Shown one piece after another: positions 1 through 8,812 of a stretch of DNA of 64,000 nt. The stretch is from an uncultured Eubacteriales bacterium (GTDB taxonomy: Bacteria; Bacillota; Clostridia; Christensenellales; CAG-138). A program made the position numbers and the translations under genes. The notes below the pieces were generated by a model. That model did not search any database. It worked only from the letters and a program-made list of their open reading frames with translations, and was not told where the DNA came from. The DNA is taken from assembly GCA_902798825.1 (NCBI GenBank), contig CADBYI010000003.1, forward strand, positions 1,993 to 65,992, in the 5' to 3' direction. Numbering within the stretch: position 1 is the stretch's first letter; every line of letters begins with the position of its first letter.

Positions 1-47
1 TGCTCGTTAGCGGCGACGATTGCTACATCACCACGCGAGAATCCTGA
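1..47 (+). CDS. 3' end of an unidentified upstream CDS (partial)
   Basis: Frame open from the window edge to TGA at 45..47 (..LVSGDDCYITTRES*). The SD of the next gene follows. Product not identifiable. Confidence 0.2.
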   Translation, partial: LVSGDDCYITTRES

Positions 48-57
48 GGAACACGGT

Positions 58-759
58 ATGGTCGATCTTGTGATCCTTCTTCTGGTGGCCATCGCGCTGC
101 TGGCCGGATACTATCGGGGCGTGGTGTATGCCGCCATCAGCCTTGGTTTGTCCGTTCTGTCCTTTGCATTGGCGCTGCTTTTGTGCACCACTCTGTCCGG
201 TGCGGTGCAAAAGCGTCAAAATCTCTATGAAATGATGCTCTACTACTTCGAGGGGTATGAGTATATCAACGAGACCAGCGTAGAGTTGGTCCATGTTTCT
301 GTGTCACAGATCAGCGACAGGGAGCTAAACGTGGTGGTGAAAAACGCCAACATGCCCTCCCCCTTCGACCAGGCCGTGACGAAGAATGTAAAGAAACAGG
401 TCTACGAGCGCCGGGGTATCTATTCCCTGGGGGATTACTTCAACCAGACCATCGTGGATACGGTGCTGAACATTCTCTCGCTCCTGGTGCTATTCCTACT
501 GCTCCGGCTGTTTCTGGGCTTTCTGCTGCGGCTCTTCGACTTTGGCGCCGCAGGTTTACCCCGGCTCCGCCAGTTCGACGCCCTTTTTTCCTGCAGCATC
601 GGTCTGTTGCATGGCATCTTCCTGGTGTTCCTGCTGTTCATGCTGGTGCCCCTCATGCTGGTGGTGGTGCCCCGTCTCTCCACGTTTATCGACGATTCCG
701 TTTTGGGCGGATTCTTCTATCGGGGCAACCTGTTGCTCCGCATGGTGCCCACAGTATAA
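58..759 (+). CDS. CvpA-family membrane protein (colicin V production protein-like)
   Basis: 233-aa ORF with GAGGA SD 7 nt upstream of ATG. Hydrophobic N-terminus MVDLVILLLVAIALLAGYYRG and several TM segments resemble the CvpA family. Confidence 0.55.
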   Translation: MVDLVILLLVAIALLAGYYRGVVYAAISLGLSVLSFALALLLCTTLSGAVQKRQNLYEMMLYYFEGYEYINETSVELVHVSVSQISDRELNVVVKNANMPSPFDQAVTKNVKKQVYERRGIYSLGDYFNQTIVDTVLNILSLLVLFLLLRLFLGFLLRLFDFGAAGLPRLRQFDALFSCSIGLLHGIFLVFLLFMLVPLMLVVVPRLSTFIDDSVLGGFFYRGNLLLRMVPTV

Positions 760-798
760 ATTCGCAATCTCTATTATTCTTACAGGAGGTTCTATAGA

Positions 799-1989
799 AT
801 GTCTTTCATCGAATCTGACCGCATGCGCAGTGTGTCCGGGTCCATCATCCGCGAGCTGTTCAAGCTGACGGCGGCCCCCGATATGATCAGCTTCGCCGGC
901 GGGAATCCCTCCCCCGACTCCTTCCCAACGGAGGAGATCGCCGCCATCGCCAACGACGCCCTGCTCCATCGGGGAGTGTCCATGCTCCAATACGGATTCA
1001 CAGAGGGTTTCCCGCCCCTTCGGGAGACCCTGAAAAGCTATTACATCAAAAAGCACGGGTTCCCCAAGGAGACGGACGAGCTCATCACCTGCTCCGGCGG
1101 ACAGCAGGCGGCGGACCTGGTTTCCAAGGTCCTGCTGAACGAAGGGGATCAGGTCCTCTGTGAGGAGCTGTCCTTTGTGGGCGTCCTCAATACATTCCGG
1201 GCTTACGGCGCCAAGCTGGTGGGGGTCAGGATGGAACCCGACGGCATGAACATCGAGGACTTGGAGAAAAAGATACAGGCGAGCCCCCGGGCCAAGCTCA
1301 TCTACATCATCCCCAATTTCCAGAACCCCACGGGGTTCACCACCTCCCTGGCTAAGCGCCAGGCCATCTATGCCCTGGCCCAGCGGTACGACCTCATGAT
1401 CCTGGAGGACGACCCCTATGGGGAGCTTCGCTATGAGGGCGATTTCCTGCCCCCCCTCAAGAGCATGGATACCGACGGCCGGGTCGTCTATGGCGGCAGC
1501 TTTTCCAAGACCATGGCCCCCGCCCTGCGGGTGGGCTTCGTCGTGGCGGAAAAGGCCCTTATGAAGCGGCTGGTGGTGGCCAAACAGACCGGCGACGTGC
1601 ACACCGCCACTCTGACCCAGGAGATCTGCTATCGGTATATGGCGGAGCACGACTTCGAGGGACATCTGCAGGATATCCGCCGCCTGTACGCCGTGAAGTG
1701 CAACCGGATGCTGGACGACATGGAGCAGAAGTTCTCCCCCGCCGTCACCTTCAACCGACCCCAGGGCGGGCTGTTCGTCACGGCCTTCCTGCCCGAGGGC
1801 ATGGACGCCTGGCCCTTCGTTCAGGAGGGCATCGCCCGCAAGGTGGCCTGCGTCCCGGGCGTGGCCTTCGTCATGGACCCCCAGGTGCCCAGCAATGCCT
1901 TCCGCATGAACTTCTCCATGCCTTCTCTGGAGCAGATCGATCAGGGCACGGATATCCTGGGCAAGCTCACCTATGAGTGGTGCAAATGA
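799..1989 (+). CDS. PLP-dependent aminotransferase, class I/II (2-aminoadipate/aromatic aminotransferase-like)
   Basis: 396 aa with AGGAGG SD. Motifs SFAGGNPSPDSFP, NFQNPTG and SFSKTMAPALRVG (PLP-lysine motif). Confidence 0.85.
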   Translation: MSFIESDRMRSVSGSIIRELFKLTAAPDMISFAGGNPSPDSFPTEEIAAIANDALLHRGVSMLQYGFTEGFPPLRETLKSYYIKKHGFPKETDELITCSGGQQAADLVSKVLLNEGDQVLCEELSFVGVLNTFRAYGAKLVGVRMEPDGMNIEDLEKKIQASPRAKLIYIIPNFQNPTGFTTSLAKRQAIYALAQRYDLMILEDDPYGELRYEGDFLPPLKSMDTDGRVVYGGSFSKTMAPALRVGFVVAEKALMKRLVVAKQTGDVHTATLTQEICYRYMAEHDFEGHLQDIRRLYAVKCNRMLDDMEQKFSPAVTFNRPQGGLFVTAFLPEGMDAWPFVQEGIARKVACVPGVAFVMDPQVPSNAFRMNFSMPSLEQIDQGTDILGKLTYEWCK

Positions 1990-2345
1990 TAGACTTTGAG
2001 CGGTACTGGCAGGATTGCATCAAACAGGACAGGGATGCCCTGCGCACCTGGTTCTGGCCCGACGCCAGGATCATCTGGCCCTGCACCGACGAGGTGTTCA
2101 CGGTGGAGGAGTTCCTCACGGCCAACTGCGATTACCCCGGAAATTGGAAGGGACAGCTCTTAAACGTGATCCCTACGCCCATGGGGGCGGTGACGGAGGT
2201 GCTCATCGTCTCCGTTGACAGCAGCTACAGCTGCCATGCGGCGTCCATCTTCACCCTCTATGAGGACAGGATCCTTTCCCTCACCGAATACTTCGCCGAT
2301 GACGGTCCCCCGCCTGCCTGGCGCACAAAACTGCTCAAACGATAA
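1986..2345 (+). CDS. NTF2/SnoaL-like small protein (weak assignment)
   Basis: ATG at 1986 overlaps the upstream TGA (ATGA). About 119 aa, W/F-rich, resembles nuclear transport factor 2-fold proteins. A GTG at 1977 is an alternative start. Confidence 0.45.
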   Translation: MIDFERYWQDCIKQDRDALRTWFWPDARIIWPCTDEVFTVEEFLTANCDYPGNWKGQLLNVIPTPMGAVTEVLIVSVDSSYSCHAASIFTLYEDRILSLTEYFADDGPPPAWRTKLLKR

Positions 2346-2358
2346 ATCGAAGCATAAG

Positions 2359-2632
2359 AGAACCGAGGCATTCCTCGGTTCTCAGCTTGTCAAAAAACCT
2401 TTTGACAAGCTGAGCAGGCTGTCAGCAAAGGATGGTAGAAACGGCGTTCTTCGCCCCGAATCTGTACAAAGGTACTGCAAGAGGGCGAAAACGCCGTTAA
2501 TTTGCGGCATCTCGTTAAAAAGAAATGGCGGCATGCGCCATTTCCACCTATATGTATACTCCTGTCCATTTTTTGCCGCAAATGGTCTGCCGCCTTTTTC
2601 GACAGCCTGAGAACCGAGGCATTCCTCGGTTC
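2359..2632 (+). repeat. Terminator-embedded structured repeat, copy 1 (core 2382..2609; duplicated 23-bp hairpin at 2359..2381 and 2610..2632)
   Basis: Core shares long conserved blocks with 37015..37261 (reverse strand) and 49637..49862. Flanks are identical copies of AGAACCGAGGCATTCCTCGGTTC. Only the distal copy is followed by a T-tract (CTTTTGTTTTG). Confidence 0.9.
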
Positions 2633-2673
2633 CTTTTGTTTTGCACAATGGGCTGACGAACGAGGGTAAAGTG

Positions 2674-2702
2674 TTGTCATTTTCTGCCAAATGCTGTATA
2701 CT
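2674..2702 (+). promoter_or_regulatory. Sigma-70-type promoter candidate for the transglutaminase-like gene
   Basis: TTGTCA (2674..2679), 17-nt spacer, TATACT (2697..2702). Confidence 0.5.
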
Positions 2703-2772
2703 TGTCAACAAATGACGAGAAGCAGGCGGCACGGTTCCTATATGTCAGGAGGCTGGCCCGCCGGAGGGAACC

Positions 2773-4851
2773 TTGGAGCAATCGAAAAAGAGAAAAGGAC
2801 GGACCACGATCATCGTACTGACGATTCTCGCGGTGATCTTGTGTTCGATCGGCATTCTGTATGGCGGGGTGACGCCCTATGTTTCAGCGGAATATGGGGA
2901 AAGCCTCCCACCGGCTGCTGTATTTGCCGGCGAGAACGCCCTGTACGTAGATGAATATGAGGAGCTGACGCAAGAAAAAGGGATACATCTGCTTCACATC
3001 AGGAAGCGGCCCGATGCTCTGCCGATTCCCGTCCTCCTAAAGGTCAGCGATACCTTGGCCCCGGCTGCTGAGGCCGCGGCAGACGTGCTCATTCCCCTGG
3101 GGGAAACCCGCCGCCCGGATCAGCTGCTGACCAACGTTCGCGACAACGATACCCTTCGCATCTATTTTGACACCGCCCCTGACTTTGCCACCGTCGGCGA
3201 TCACAGGGCCACTGTCATACTGGAGGACGCCTCCGGGAACAGTACCTCTGTGGTTTGCGACTATGCGATACACGGCGTCAACGAGGGCCTTTCCGTAGAA
3301 GCGGGCGCTGCCCTGCCGAATGAAAATGAATATCTGATCTGTGATCCTTCTGCGACGGGAGCGAAGCTGATCTCTCCCTACACCTCTGACATGACCCACC
3401 ACGTGGGGACCTATCCCCTTGTGTTTACCTTCTCCGGGGCGGACGCGCAGGAGGAAACCACCTTTCTCACCGTTCGTGACACCGTTCCGCCCACGGGCGA
3501 GGGGACCTTTGCTGCCGCAAAGCCCGGTGAGCCCGTAGCCGTCGAATCCCTTGTGGTCAACGCCACGGATGAAACCGACCTGACATACGGGTATGTGACC
3601 GCGCCGGACCTTGAGCTGTGCGCGCTGCAGGACGTGGTGGTCAGCATCACCGATGAAGGCGGAAACGAAACCCAGATCAGCTCCCGGCTGTATATCTCCT
3701 CCGTAGGCCAGATCCAGGTGGAGGCCCGGGACACGGCCCTGAATGCTGACGATTTTGGGACCGGAAAGGATATCGTTGTCGAGCCCTTTGTGCCCAACGA
3801 AACGGGTGAGTTCACTGTGAACATCCAAGTGGACGGGCACCCCGAAGCGGCGATCGTGACGGTGGTGGATCGCACCCCACCCACCATCTTCGTGAAGATG
3901 GATACTTTATACGGCCTGTATGTGGACCATCCCGTGGCTGTTGAGGACCTGTTTTCCGTTCAGGACGTGTCAGAGGCGACGATCCGATTCGCCAACGAGC
4001 CGGACTGGTCAAGGGTCGGAGAACAAACGATCTCTGTCCTGGCCACGGACGCCAGCGGCAACATGACCCAGTATGAGACGAAGCTGGCTTTGACGGCGGA
4101 CACGGAGCCGCCCGTGCTATATGGCGTCACGGACAGAAACGCCTATGTGGGAGAGGCTATCCCCTATCTGTTCGGCGTCAGCGCGACGGACGACGTAGAC
4201 GAAGAGGTAAGGATCGACGTCAACAGCCAGGTGGATATGCCCACGCCTGGTAGCTATGACGTGGTGTATACGGCCACGGACGTTTGCGGAAACAGCACCA
4301 CAAAGGCCTGCGTCTTCACTCTGATCGAGCCCACCGTCACCGAGGAGGATATCCAGCAGATGGCGAGGGCGGTCATGGCCGAGATCACCACCCCGGATAT
4401 GGTGAAAGCAGAGAAATTAAGGGCCATATTCGATTACGTTCGCCACCATATTCGATACGGGAACGGCATAAACCACAACTATACGGACTGGCGGAAGGCG
4501 GCCTTTGACGGATTCCAGAACGGAAGAGGCGATTGCTACAATATCTGGGCTGTGACGAAGGCGCTGCTGGACCAAACCGACATCACCTACATCTCGGTGG
4601 AGCGATTGAAGAGCTCCGCCCGCAGGACCCGCCATTATTGGGTGAATGTGGATTTGGGGACCGGATGGTACGTGTTTGACCCCACCTGGACGAATCTGCA
4701 TAAGTTCAATTGCTTTATGTGGACCGAGCAGCAGTGCCGATCCTGCTATAAATACTGGCTGTTCGACACGACCAAATACCCCGGGCTCGCCACAGAGACC
4801 TTCGACTACGATAAGATCGTCCAGATGGAACGGGACGGGCTGTTGCCCTGA
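2773..4851 (+). CDS. Membrane-anchored transglutaminase-like (Cys-protease fold) protein with repeated Ig-like domains
   Basis: 692 aa with TTG start preceded by GGAGGG. N-terminal TM segment and a long beta-rich repeat region. C-terminal core GRGDCYNIW...HYWVNVDLGTGWYVFDPTW (Cys/His/Asp arrangement). Confidence 0.75.
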   Translation: MEQSKKRKGRTTIIVLTILAVILCSIGILYGGVTPYVSAEYGESLPPAAVFAGENALYVDEYEELTQEKGIHLLHIRKRPDALPIPVLLKVSDTLAPAAEAAADVLIPLGETRRPDQLLTNVRDNDTLRIYFDTAPDFATVGDHRATVILEDASGNSTSVVCDYAIHGVNEGLSVEAGAALPNENEYLICDPSATGAKLISPYTSDMTHHVGTYPLVFTFSGADAQEETTFLTVRDTVPPTGEGTFAAAKPGEPVAVESLVVNATDETDLTYGYVTAPDLELCALQDVVVSITDEGGNETQISSRLYISSVGQIQVEARDTALNADDFGTGKDIVVEPFVPNETGEFTVNIQVDGHPEAAIVTVVDRTPPTIFVKMDTLYGLYVDHPVAVEDLFSVQDVSEATIRFANEPDWSRVGEQTISVLATDASGNMTQYETKLALTADTEPPVLYGVTDRNAYVGEAIPYLFGVSATDDVDEEVRIDVNSQVDMPTPGSYDVVYTATDVCGNSTTKACVFTLIEPTVTEEDIQQMARAVMAEITTPDMVKAEKLRAIFDYVRHHIRYGNGINHNYTDWRKAAFDGFQNGRGDCYNIWAVTKALLDQTDITYISVERLKSSARRTRHYWVNVDLGTGWYVFDPTWTNLHKFNCFMWTEQQCRSCYKYWLFDTTKYPGLATETFDYDKIVQMERDGLLP

Positions 4852-4880
4852 ACAGACTTTTTCTATATGCTTTAAGAACA

Positions 4881-4910
4881 AGCGCCTCCGCAGTTTGATG
4901 CAGAGGCGCT
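4881..4910. terminator. Hairpin between convergent genes (weak bidirectional terminator candidate)
   Basis: AGCGCCTC / GAGGCGCT 8-bp stem with a 14-nt loop, between the transglutaminase-like stop (4851) and the malQ stop (4926). No clean T-tract. Confidence 0.35.
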
Positions 4911-4925
4911 TGATGTACATAGAAT

Positions 4926-6407
4926 TCATTTCTTTTTCGGAGCAGGAGCCCTGCCGGTCATGCGGGTATAGAAAGCGAGGCGATCAGCAGTGGCCGGGTC
5001 AAAGTCCGTCGACAGGGCCCGCCATCCCCACCAGCCCGTGGTGCCGGGCAGATTCATCCGATGTTCGGAACCAAGGCCCAGCAGATCCTGCAGCTGGATA
5101 ACGGTGAGGTCCGCCACAGAGGCCATGAGCCCGCGGATGAACCCGAAGGGGAAGCCCTCCTGCTGGTTCAGGCCCAGATAGTCCACAGCAAAGGCGGCAA
5201 ACGCCGGGGGACAGGTGTTGAAATACCCCATGATGGTATCGTTGTCGTGGGTGCCCAAATATGCCACGCAGTTCTTCACATAATTGTGAGGCAGCTCTCG
5301 GGAATCCCCCATGGGCTCAAAGCCGAATTGCATGACCCGCATGCCGGGACAGCCGGAGTCGTTAAGCAGCTTTTTCACTTCGGGCGTCAAGAAACCCAGA
5401 TCCTCGGCAATGATGTTCTCCCCCAAGCCCTCCTCCCGAAAGGCGCGGATGAGCTTCATGCCGGGGCCGGGATACCACTTGCCCTCAATGGCGTTGGGCG
5501 CCCCATAGGCTACGCCCCAGTAGCTCTCCAACCCGCGGAAATGATCGATGCGCAGGATGTCGCAGCGGCTGGCGGCACCACGGAGGCGGCTCCGCCACCA
5601 GGCGAAGTTCTCCGCCTCGTTGGCGTCCCAGTCATAGACCGGGTTCCCCCAAAGCTGGCCGGTTTTGGAGAAATAATCCGGGGGTACGCCGGCAACGAGC
5701 TTGGGGATGCCCGCTTCGGTGAGCTGGAACAGCTCCCGGTGGGCCCACACGTCCGCGCTGTCAAAGGGCACATAGATGGGTATGTCCCCGATGAAGGACA
5801 CGCCCTGCTTGTGGGCGTAGGTCCGCAGGGCCTGCCACTGGGTGTCGAAGCAGTATTGGACGAAGGCGTGATAGTCTATCAAGTCCTTCAGCTCCGTTTC
5901 GTACCGGGCCATAGCCTCGGTCTCCCGGTCCCGGATATCCTCTGGCCAGTCCACCCAGGCTTTTCCCTCAAACCGGTCCTTCAGGGCACAGAACAGTGTC
6001 CAGTCCCGCAGATACCAGCTGTTCTCGGCCACGTAATCGGCCATCGCAGCCCTGTCGAACCGGGCAAAAGCCTTTTCCAGCACCTGACGACGGCGGACGT
6101 ACAACAATCCAAAATCCACCTTTCGTGAATCATCGCCCCAGTCGGTGCCGATATCCTCATCGGTCAAAAGCCCCTGTTCCTTCAACATATCCAGGTCCAC
6201 CAGATAGGGGTTCCCCGCAAAGGTGGAGGCGCTTTGATAGGGAGAGTCCCCGAAACCCGTGGGAGTCAGGGGCAGTATCTGCCAGTACCTCTGCCTCGCC
6301 CGATGCAGATAATCTACGAAATCATAGGCAGCTTTGCCCAGTGTACCCACGCCATATGGGGACGGTAGGCTGGTGATATGCAAAAGTATCCCGCTTGCTC
6401 GTTTCAT
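4926..6407 (-). CDS. malQ: 4-alpha-glucanotransferase (amylomaltase, GH77)
   Basis: N-terminus MKRASGILLHITSLPSPYGVGTLG and the length are typical of MalQ. ATG at 6407 has an AAGGA SD. The ORF extends to a TTG at 6422. Confidence 0.92.
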   Translation of the reverse strand: MKRASGILLHITSLPSPYGVGTLGKAAYDFVDYLHRARQRYWQILPLTPTGFGDSPYQSASTFAGNPYLVDLDMLKEQGLLTDEDIGTDWGDDSRKVDFGLLYVRRRQVLEKAFARFDRAAMADYVAENSWYLRDWTLFCALKDRFEGKAWVDWPEDIRDRETEAMARYETELKDLIDYHAFVQYCFDTQWQALRTYAHKQGVSFIGDIPIYVPFDSADVWAHRELFQLTEAGIPKLVAGVPPDYFSKTGQLWGNPVYDWDANEAENFAWWRSRLRGAASRCDILRIDHFRGLESYWGVAYGAPNAIEGKWYPGPGMKLIRAFREEGLGENIIAEDLGFLTPEVKKLLNDSGCPGMRVMQFGFEPMGDSRELPHNYVKNCVAYLGTHDNDTIMGYFNTCPPAFAAFAVDYLGLNQQEGFPFGFIRGLMASVADLTVIQLQDLLGLGSEHRMNLPGTTGWWGWRALSTDFDPATADRLAFYTRMTGRAPAPKKK

Positions 6408-6437
6408 GCGCTTTCCTTTCAATTCCGGTGAATTCCC

Positions 6438-6465
6438 TTGTATTTTAGCACACGAATGCTATAAT
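6438..6465 (+). promoter_or_regulatory. Promoter candidate for psuG
   Basis: TTGTAT, 16-nt spacer, TGcTATAAT (extended -10; hexamer at 6460..6465). Confidence 0.5.
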
Positions 6466-6514
6466 AGAAAGCGTTAATTGTAAAAACGTGCCCAAAAGGC
6501 CAAAAGGAGTTTAT

Positions 6515-7426
6515 ATGGAACTGAACAAATATCTGAAGCTTAGCCCGGAGGTCGCCGAGGCCTTGAAAACCGGAAAGCCGGTGGTTGCCCTTGAGAGCAC
6601 CATCATCTCCCACGGTATGCCCTATCCCCAGAACGTGGAGACGGCCTACGCCTGCGAGCGTGTGTGCCGAGAGAACGGTGCCGTGCCCGCCACCTGCGCC
6701 ATCATCGGCGGCAAGCTCTGCGCGGGGCTCACGGAGGAAGAGATAGACTATCTGGGACGAGAGGGCACCCGGGTGACCAAGGCCAGCCGTCGGGACCTGC
6801 CCCTGCTCATCGCCAAGGGCATGGACGGGGCCACTACCGTAGCTGCCACCATGATCATCGCCCACATGGCTGGCATCAAGGTCTTCGCCACCGGCGGTAT
6901 CGGCGGCGTCCATCGCAACGGTCAGGATACCATGGACGTGAGCGCGGATTTGGACGAGCTGGGCAAGACCCGGATGTGCGTGGTCTGCGCTGGGGCTAAA
7001 GCCATTTTGGACCTGCCCCGTACCATGGAGTATCTGGAAACCAAGGGTGTACCCGTCATCGGCTTCGGCACCGATGAGCTTCCCGCCTTCTATACGGCAA
7101 AATCCGGCATCCCTCTGACCTGGCGGGTGGACGACCCCAAAGAGGTAGCGGACGCCATCCATGCGGCGGAGGATATGGGTTTCGAGGGCGGCATGCTGGT
7201 GACCGTGCCCATCCCGGTGGAATGGTCCATGGATGCGGACTACATCAATGGAGCCATCGACAAGGCCCTGACCGAGGCGGATGCCCAAGGCGTGGTAGGT
7301 AAGCAGATCACCCCCTTCCTCCTGGCCAAGATCAAGGAGATCACCGGTGGCAGCAGCCTTGCCTCCAATATCCAGTTGGTGTTCAACAACGTGAAGACCG
7401 CGGCCCGGATCGCGGCACAGCTATAA
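6515..7426 (+). CDS. psuG: Pseudouridine-5'-phosphate glycosidase
   Basis: ALESTIISHGMPYPQN and the overall sequence are typical of PsuG. ATG at 6515 has an AAGGAG SD. The ORF also opens at GTG 6488. Confidence 0.9.
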   Translation: MELNKYLKLSPEVAEALKTGKPVVALESTIISHGMPYPQNVETAYACERVCRENGAVPATCAIIGGKLCAGLTEEEIDYLGREGTRVTKASRRDLPLLIAKGMDGATTVAATMIIAHMAGIKVFATGGIGGVHRNGQDTMDVSADLDELGKTRMCVVCAGAKAILDLPRTMEYLETKGVPVIGFGTDELPAFYTAKSGIPLTWRVDDPKEVADAIHAAEDMGFEGGMLVTVPIPVEWSMDADYINGAIDKALTEADAQGVVGKQITPFLLAKIKEITGGSSLASNIQLVFNNVKTAARIAAQL

Positions 7427-7456
7427 GTAGCAGGCTACCAATCATCCAAAAACTAC

Positions 7457-7486
7457 GACAGCCGACCCCATTTGGAGTCGGCTGTC
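7457..7486. terminator. Bidirectional terminator hairpin between psuG and the NlpC/P60 gene
   Basis: GACAGCCGAC / GTCGGCTGTC 10-bp stem. On the minus strand it is followed by GTAGTTTTTGG. Confidence 0.55.
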
Positions 7487-7504
7487 ATTGTAATATGCAG
7501 AGTA

Positions 7505-8743
7505 TCAATCGTCGTTCCAGGGGCGACGGGCCCAGACAAAGTTGCGTTTGAAGTATGACCCAAGATCCCGCTTCATCACCTTGCCGTTTCCGGAGGAGGC
7601 GTCGATCAAATTGCCACCGCCGATATAGATAGCGGTGTGACTGACGCCGCTGCTGGAATCGCTTCTGAAGAAGAGGATGTCCCCTTTCTCCAAATCGCTG
7701 ATGCTCGTGATCTTCTTCCATGCGCTCTTTTGTGAGTAGCCGGAGGAACTCATGCGCGTGACGTTGACACCGGCCTGCTTCAAGCACCAATAGACCAATC
7801 CGGAGCAGTCAAACTTGTTGGGGCCGCGACCACCGAGAACATATTCGCAGCCCAGCTTTTTTTCTGCCGCACGGATGAACTTGTCAATCCGGCCATCGGG
7901 CGTGGGCTTGGGCGTCTTGGTGGGGGTGGGCTTCGGCGTTTTGGTGGGTTTGGGGGTCCTCGTCGGCTTGGGCGTCTTGGTGACCTTGGGTGTCCTCGTC
8001 GGTTTCGGCGTCTTCGTGACTTTGGGCGTCCTTGTCGGCTTGGGCGTCTTCGTCGGCTTGGGTGTGGGCTTCTTCGTGGGCTTGGGTGTCTTCGTCGGCT
8101 TCGGCGTCGGTTTCTTCGTGGGTTTCGGCGTCTTGGTCGGCTTCGGCGTCGGCTTCTTCGTGGGCTTCGGCGTCTTCGTCGGCTTCGGCGTTTTCGTAGG
8201 CTTCGGCGTCGGCTTCTTTGTGGGTTTCGGCGTCTTGGTCGGTTTCGGCGTCTTGGTCGGTTTCGGCGTCGGCTTCTTCGTGGGTTTCGGTGTCTTCGTC
8301 GGCTTCGGAGTCTTCTTCGCCTTAGCCGTGGCTTTCTTCTTGCTGGACGTTTTCTCTGCCAGCTGTTCAGAGGACCTCTCCTCCGCCTGTTCTTTCTGGG
8401 CCTTCTCCCCCTCTGCGTCGTCCGTCTTCACATCGCCGGGGCGGCGGTACAAAACGATGGCACGCTGGGCCAAAGCAAAGGAGGGCATTGACCATTCGTC
8501 ATCAGCAGACCCCTCAGGCTGAGGCGTGGGAGAGACAGCTTGGAGGCTTGTCCCATTCCAGGCATCCTCACCGGTCGTCTCCACAGCGATCCCTTCCTCG
8601 ATAGCCTGCGGAATGGACAGGTAAAGACCCACCAGCAGGATCAGCAGCAGGGACAGAAAGGTTGCCGCCAGAAACAGCATGCGCCGGCCTCTGGTAGGCA
8701 CGCGGGCCGATAATTCGGTTTTTGACGTTTCCTGAGTATTCAT
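7505..8743 (-). CDS. NlpC/P60-family peptidoglycan endopeptidase with a long Pro/Thr/Lys-rich linker
   Basis: C-terminal [22 protein letters not shown]...[15 protein letters not shown] (Cys/His catalytic pattern) and an N-terminal TM anchor. The start is uncertain: ATG 8743 or TTG 8770. Confidence 0.85.
   Translation of the reverse strand: MNTQETSKTELSARVPTRGRRMLFLAATFLSLLLILLVGLYLSIPQAIEEGIAVETTGEDAWNGTSLQAVSPTPQPEGSADDEWSMPSFALAQRAIVLYRRPGDVKTDDAEGEKAQKEQAEERSSEQLAEKTSSKKKATAKAKKTPKPTKTPKPTKKPTPKPTKTPKPTKTPKPTKKPTPKPTKTPKPTKTPKPTKKPTPKPTKTPKPTKKPTPKPTKTPKPTKKPTPKPTKTPKPTRTPKVTKTPKPTRTPKVTKTPKPTRTPKPTKTPKPTPTKTPKPTPDGRIDKFIRAAEKKLGCEYVLGGRGPNKFDCSGLVYWCLKQAGVNVTRMSSSGYSQKSAWKKITSISDLEKGDILFFRSDSSSGVSHTAIYIGGGNLIDASSGNGKVMKRDLGSYFKRNFVWARRPWNDD
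7900..8325 (-). repeat. Tandem ~18-bp coding repeat (PKPTKT units)
   Basis: More than 20 imperfect units of GGCTTCGGCGTCTTCGTC on the + strand. They encode (T/K)PKPTK repeats inside the NlpC/P60 gene. Confidence 0.85.
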
Positions 8744-8812
8744 AGGTATACTGTATCCTTTTTTTGTCAAATGCGCAAGGACAAGAGAAAAAAAGTCAAA
8801 TATTGTTCTTTT

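Noticed and set aside
2432-2500. A 22-codon mini-ORF conserved in all three element copies (MVETAFFAPNLYKGTARGRKRR and variants).
   Set aside because: The ATG overlaps its only SD-like sequence with no spacing. The substitutions between copies are mostly non-synonymous and coincide with the compensatory changes in helix P4. The frame conservation is best explained by the RNA/DNA stem.
2215-2610. ORFs running through the repeat element (2215..2610 and 37014..37427). One frame is open across all three copies and stops exactly at the element end (..ANGLPPFSTA*).
   Set aside because: No copy has a start codon with an SD. More decisively, the conserved GAAATGGCG hairpin is read in three different codon phases in the three copies (offsets 118, 119 and 117 nt from the shared GACAAG). 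Conservation is therefore at the nucleotide and structure level, not the protein level.
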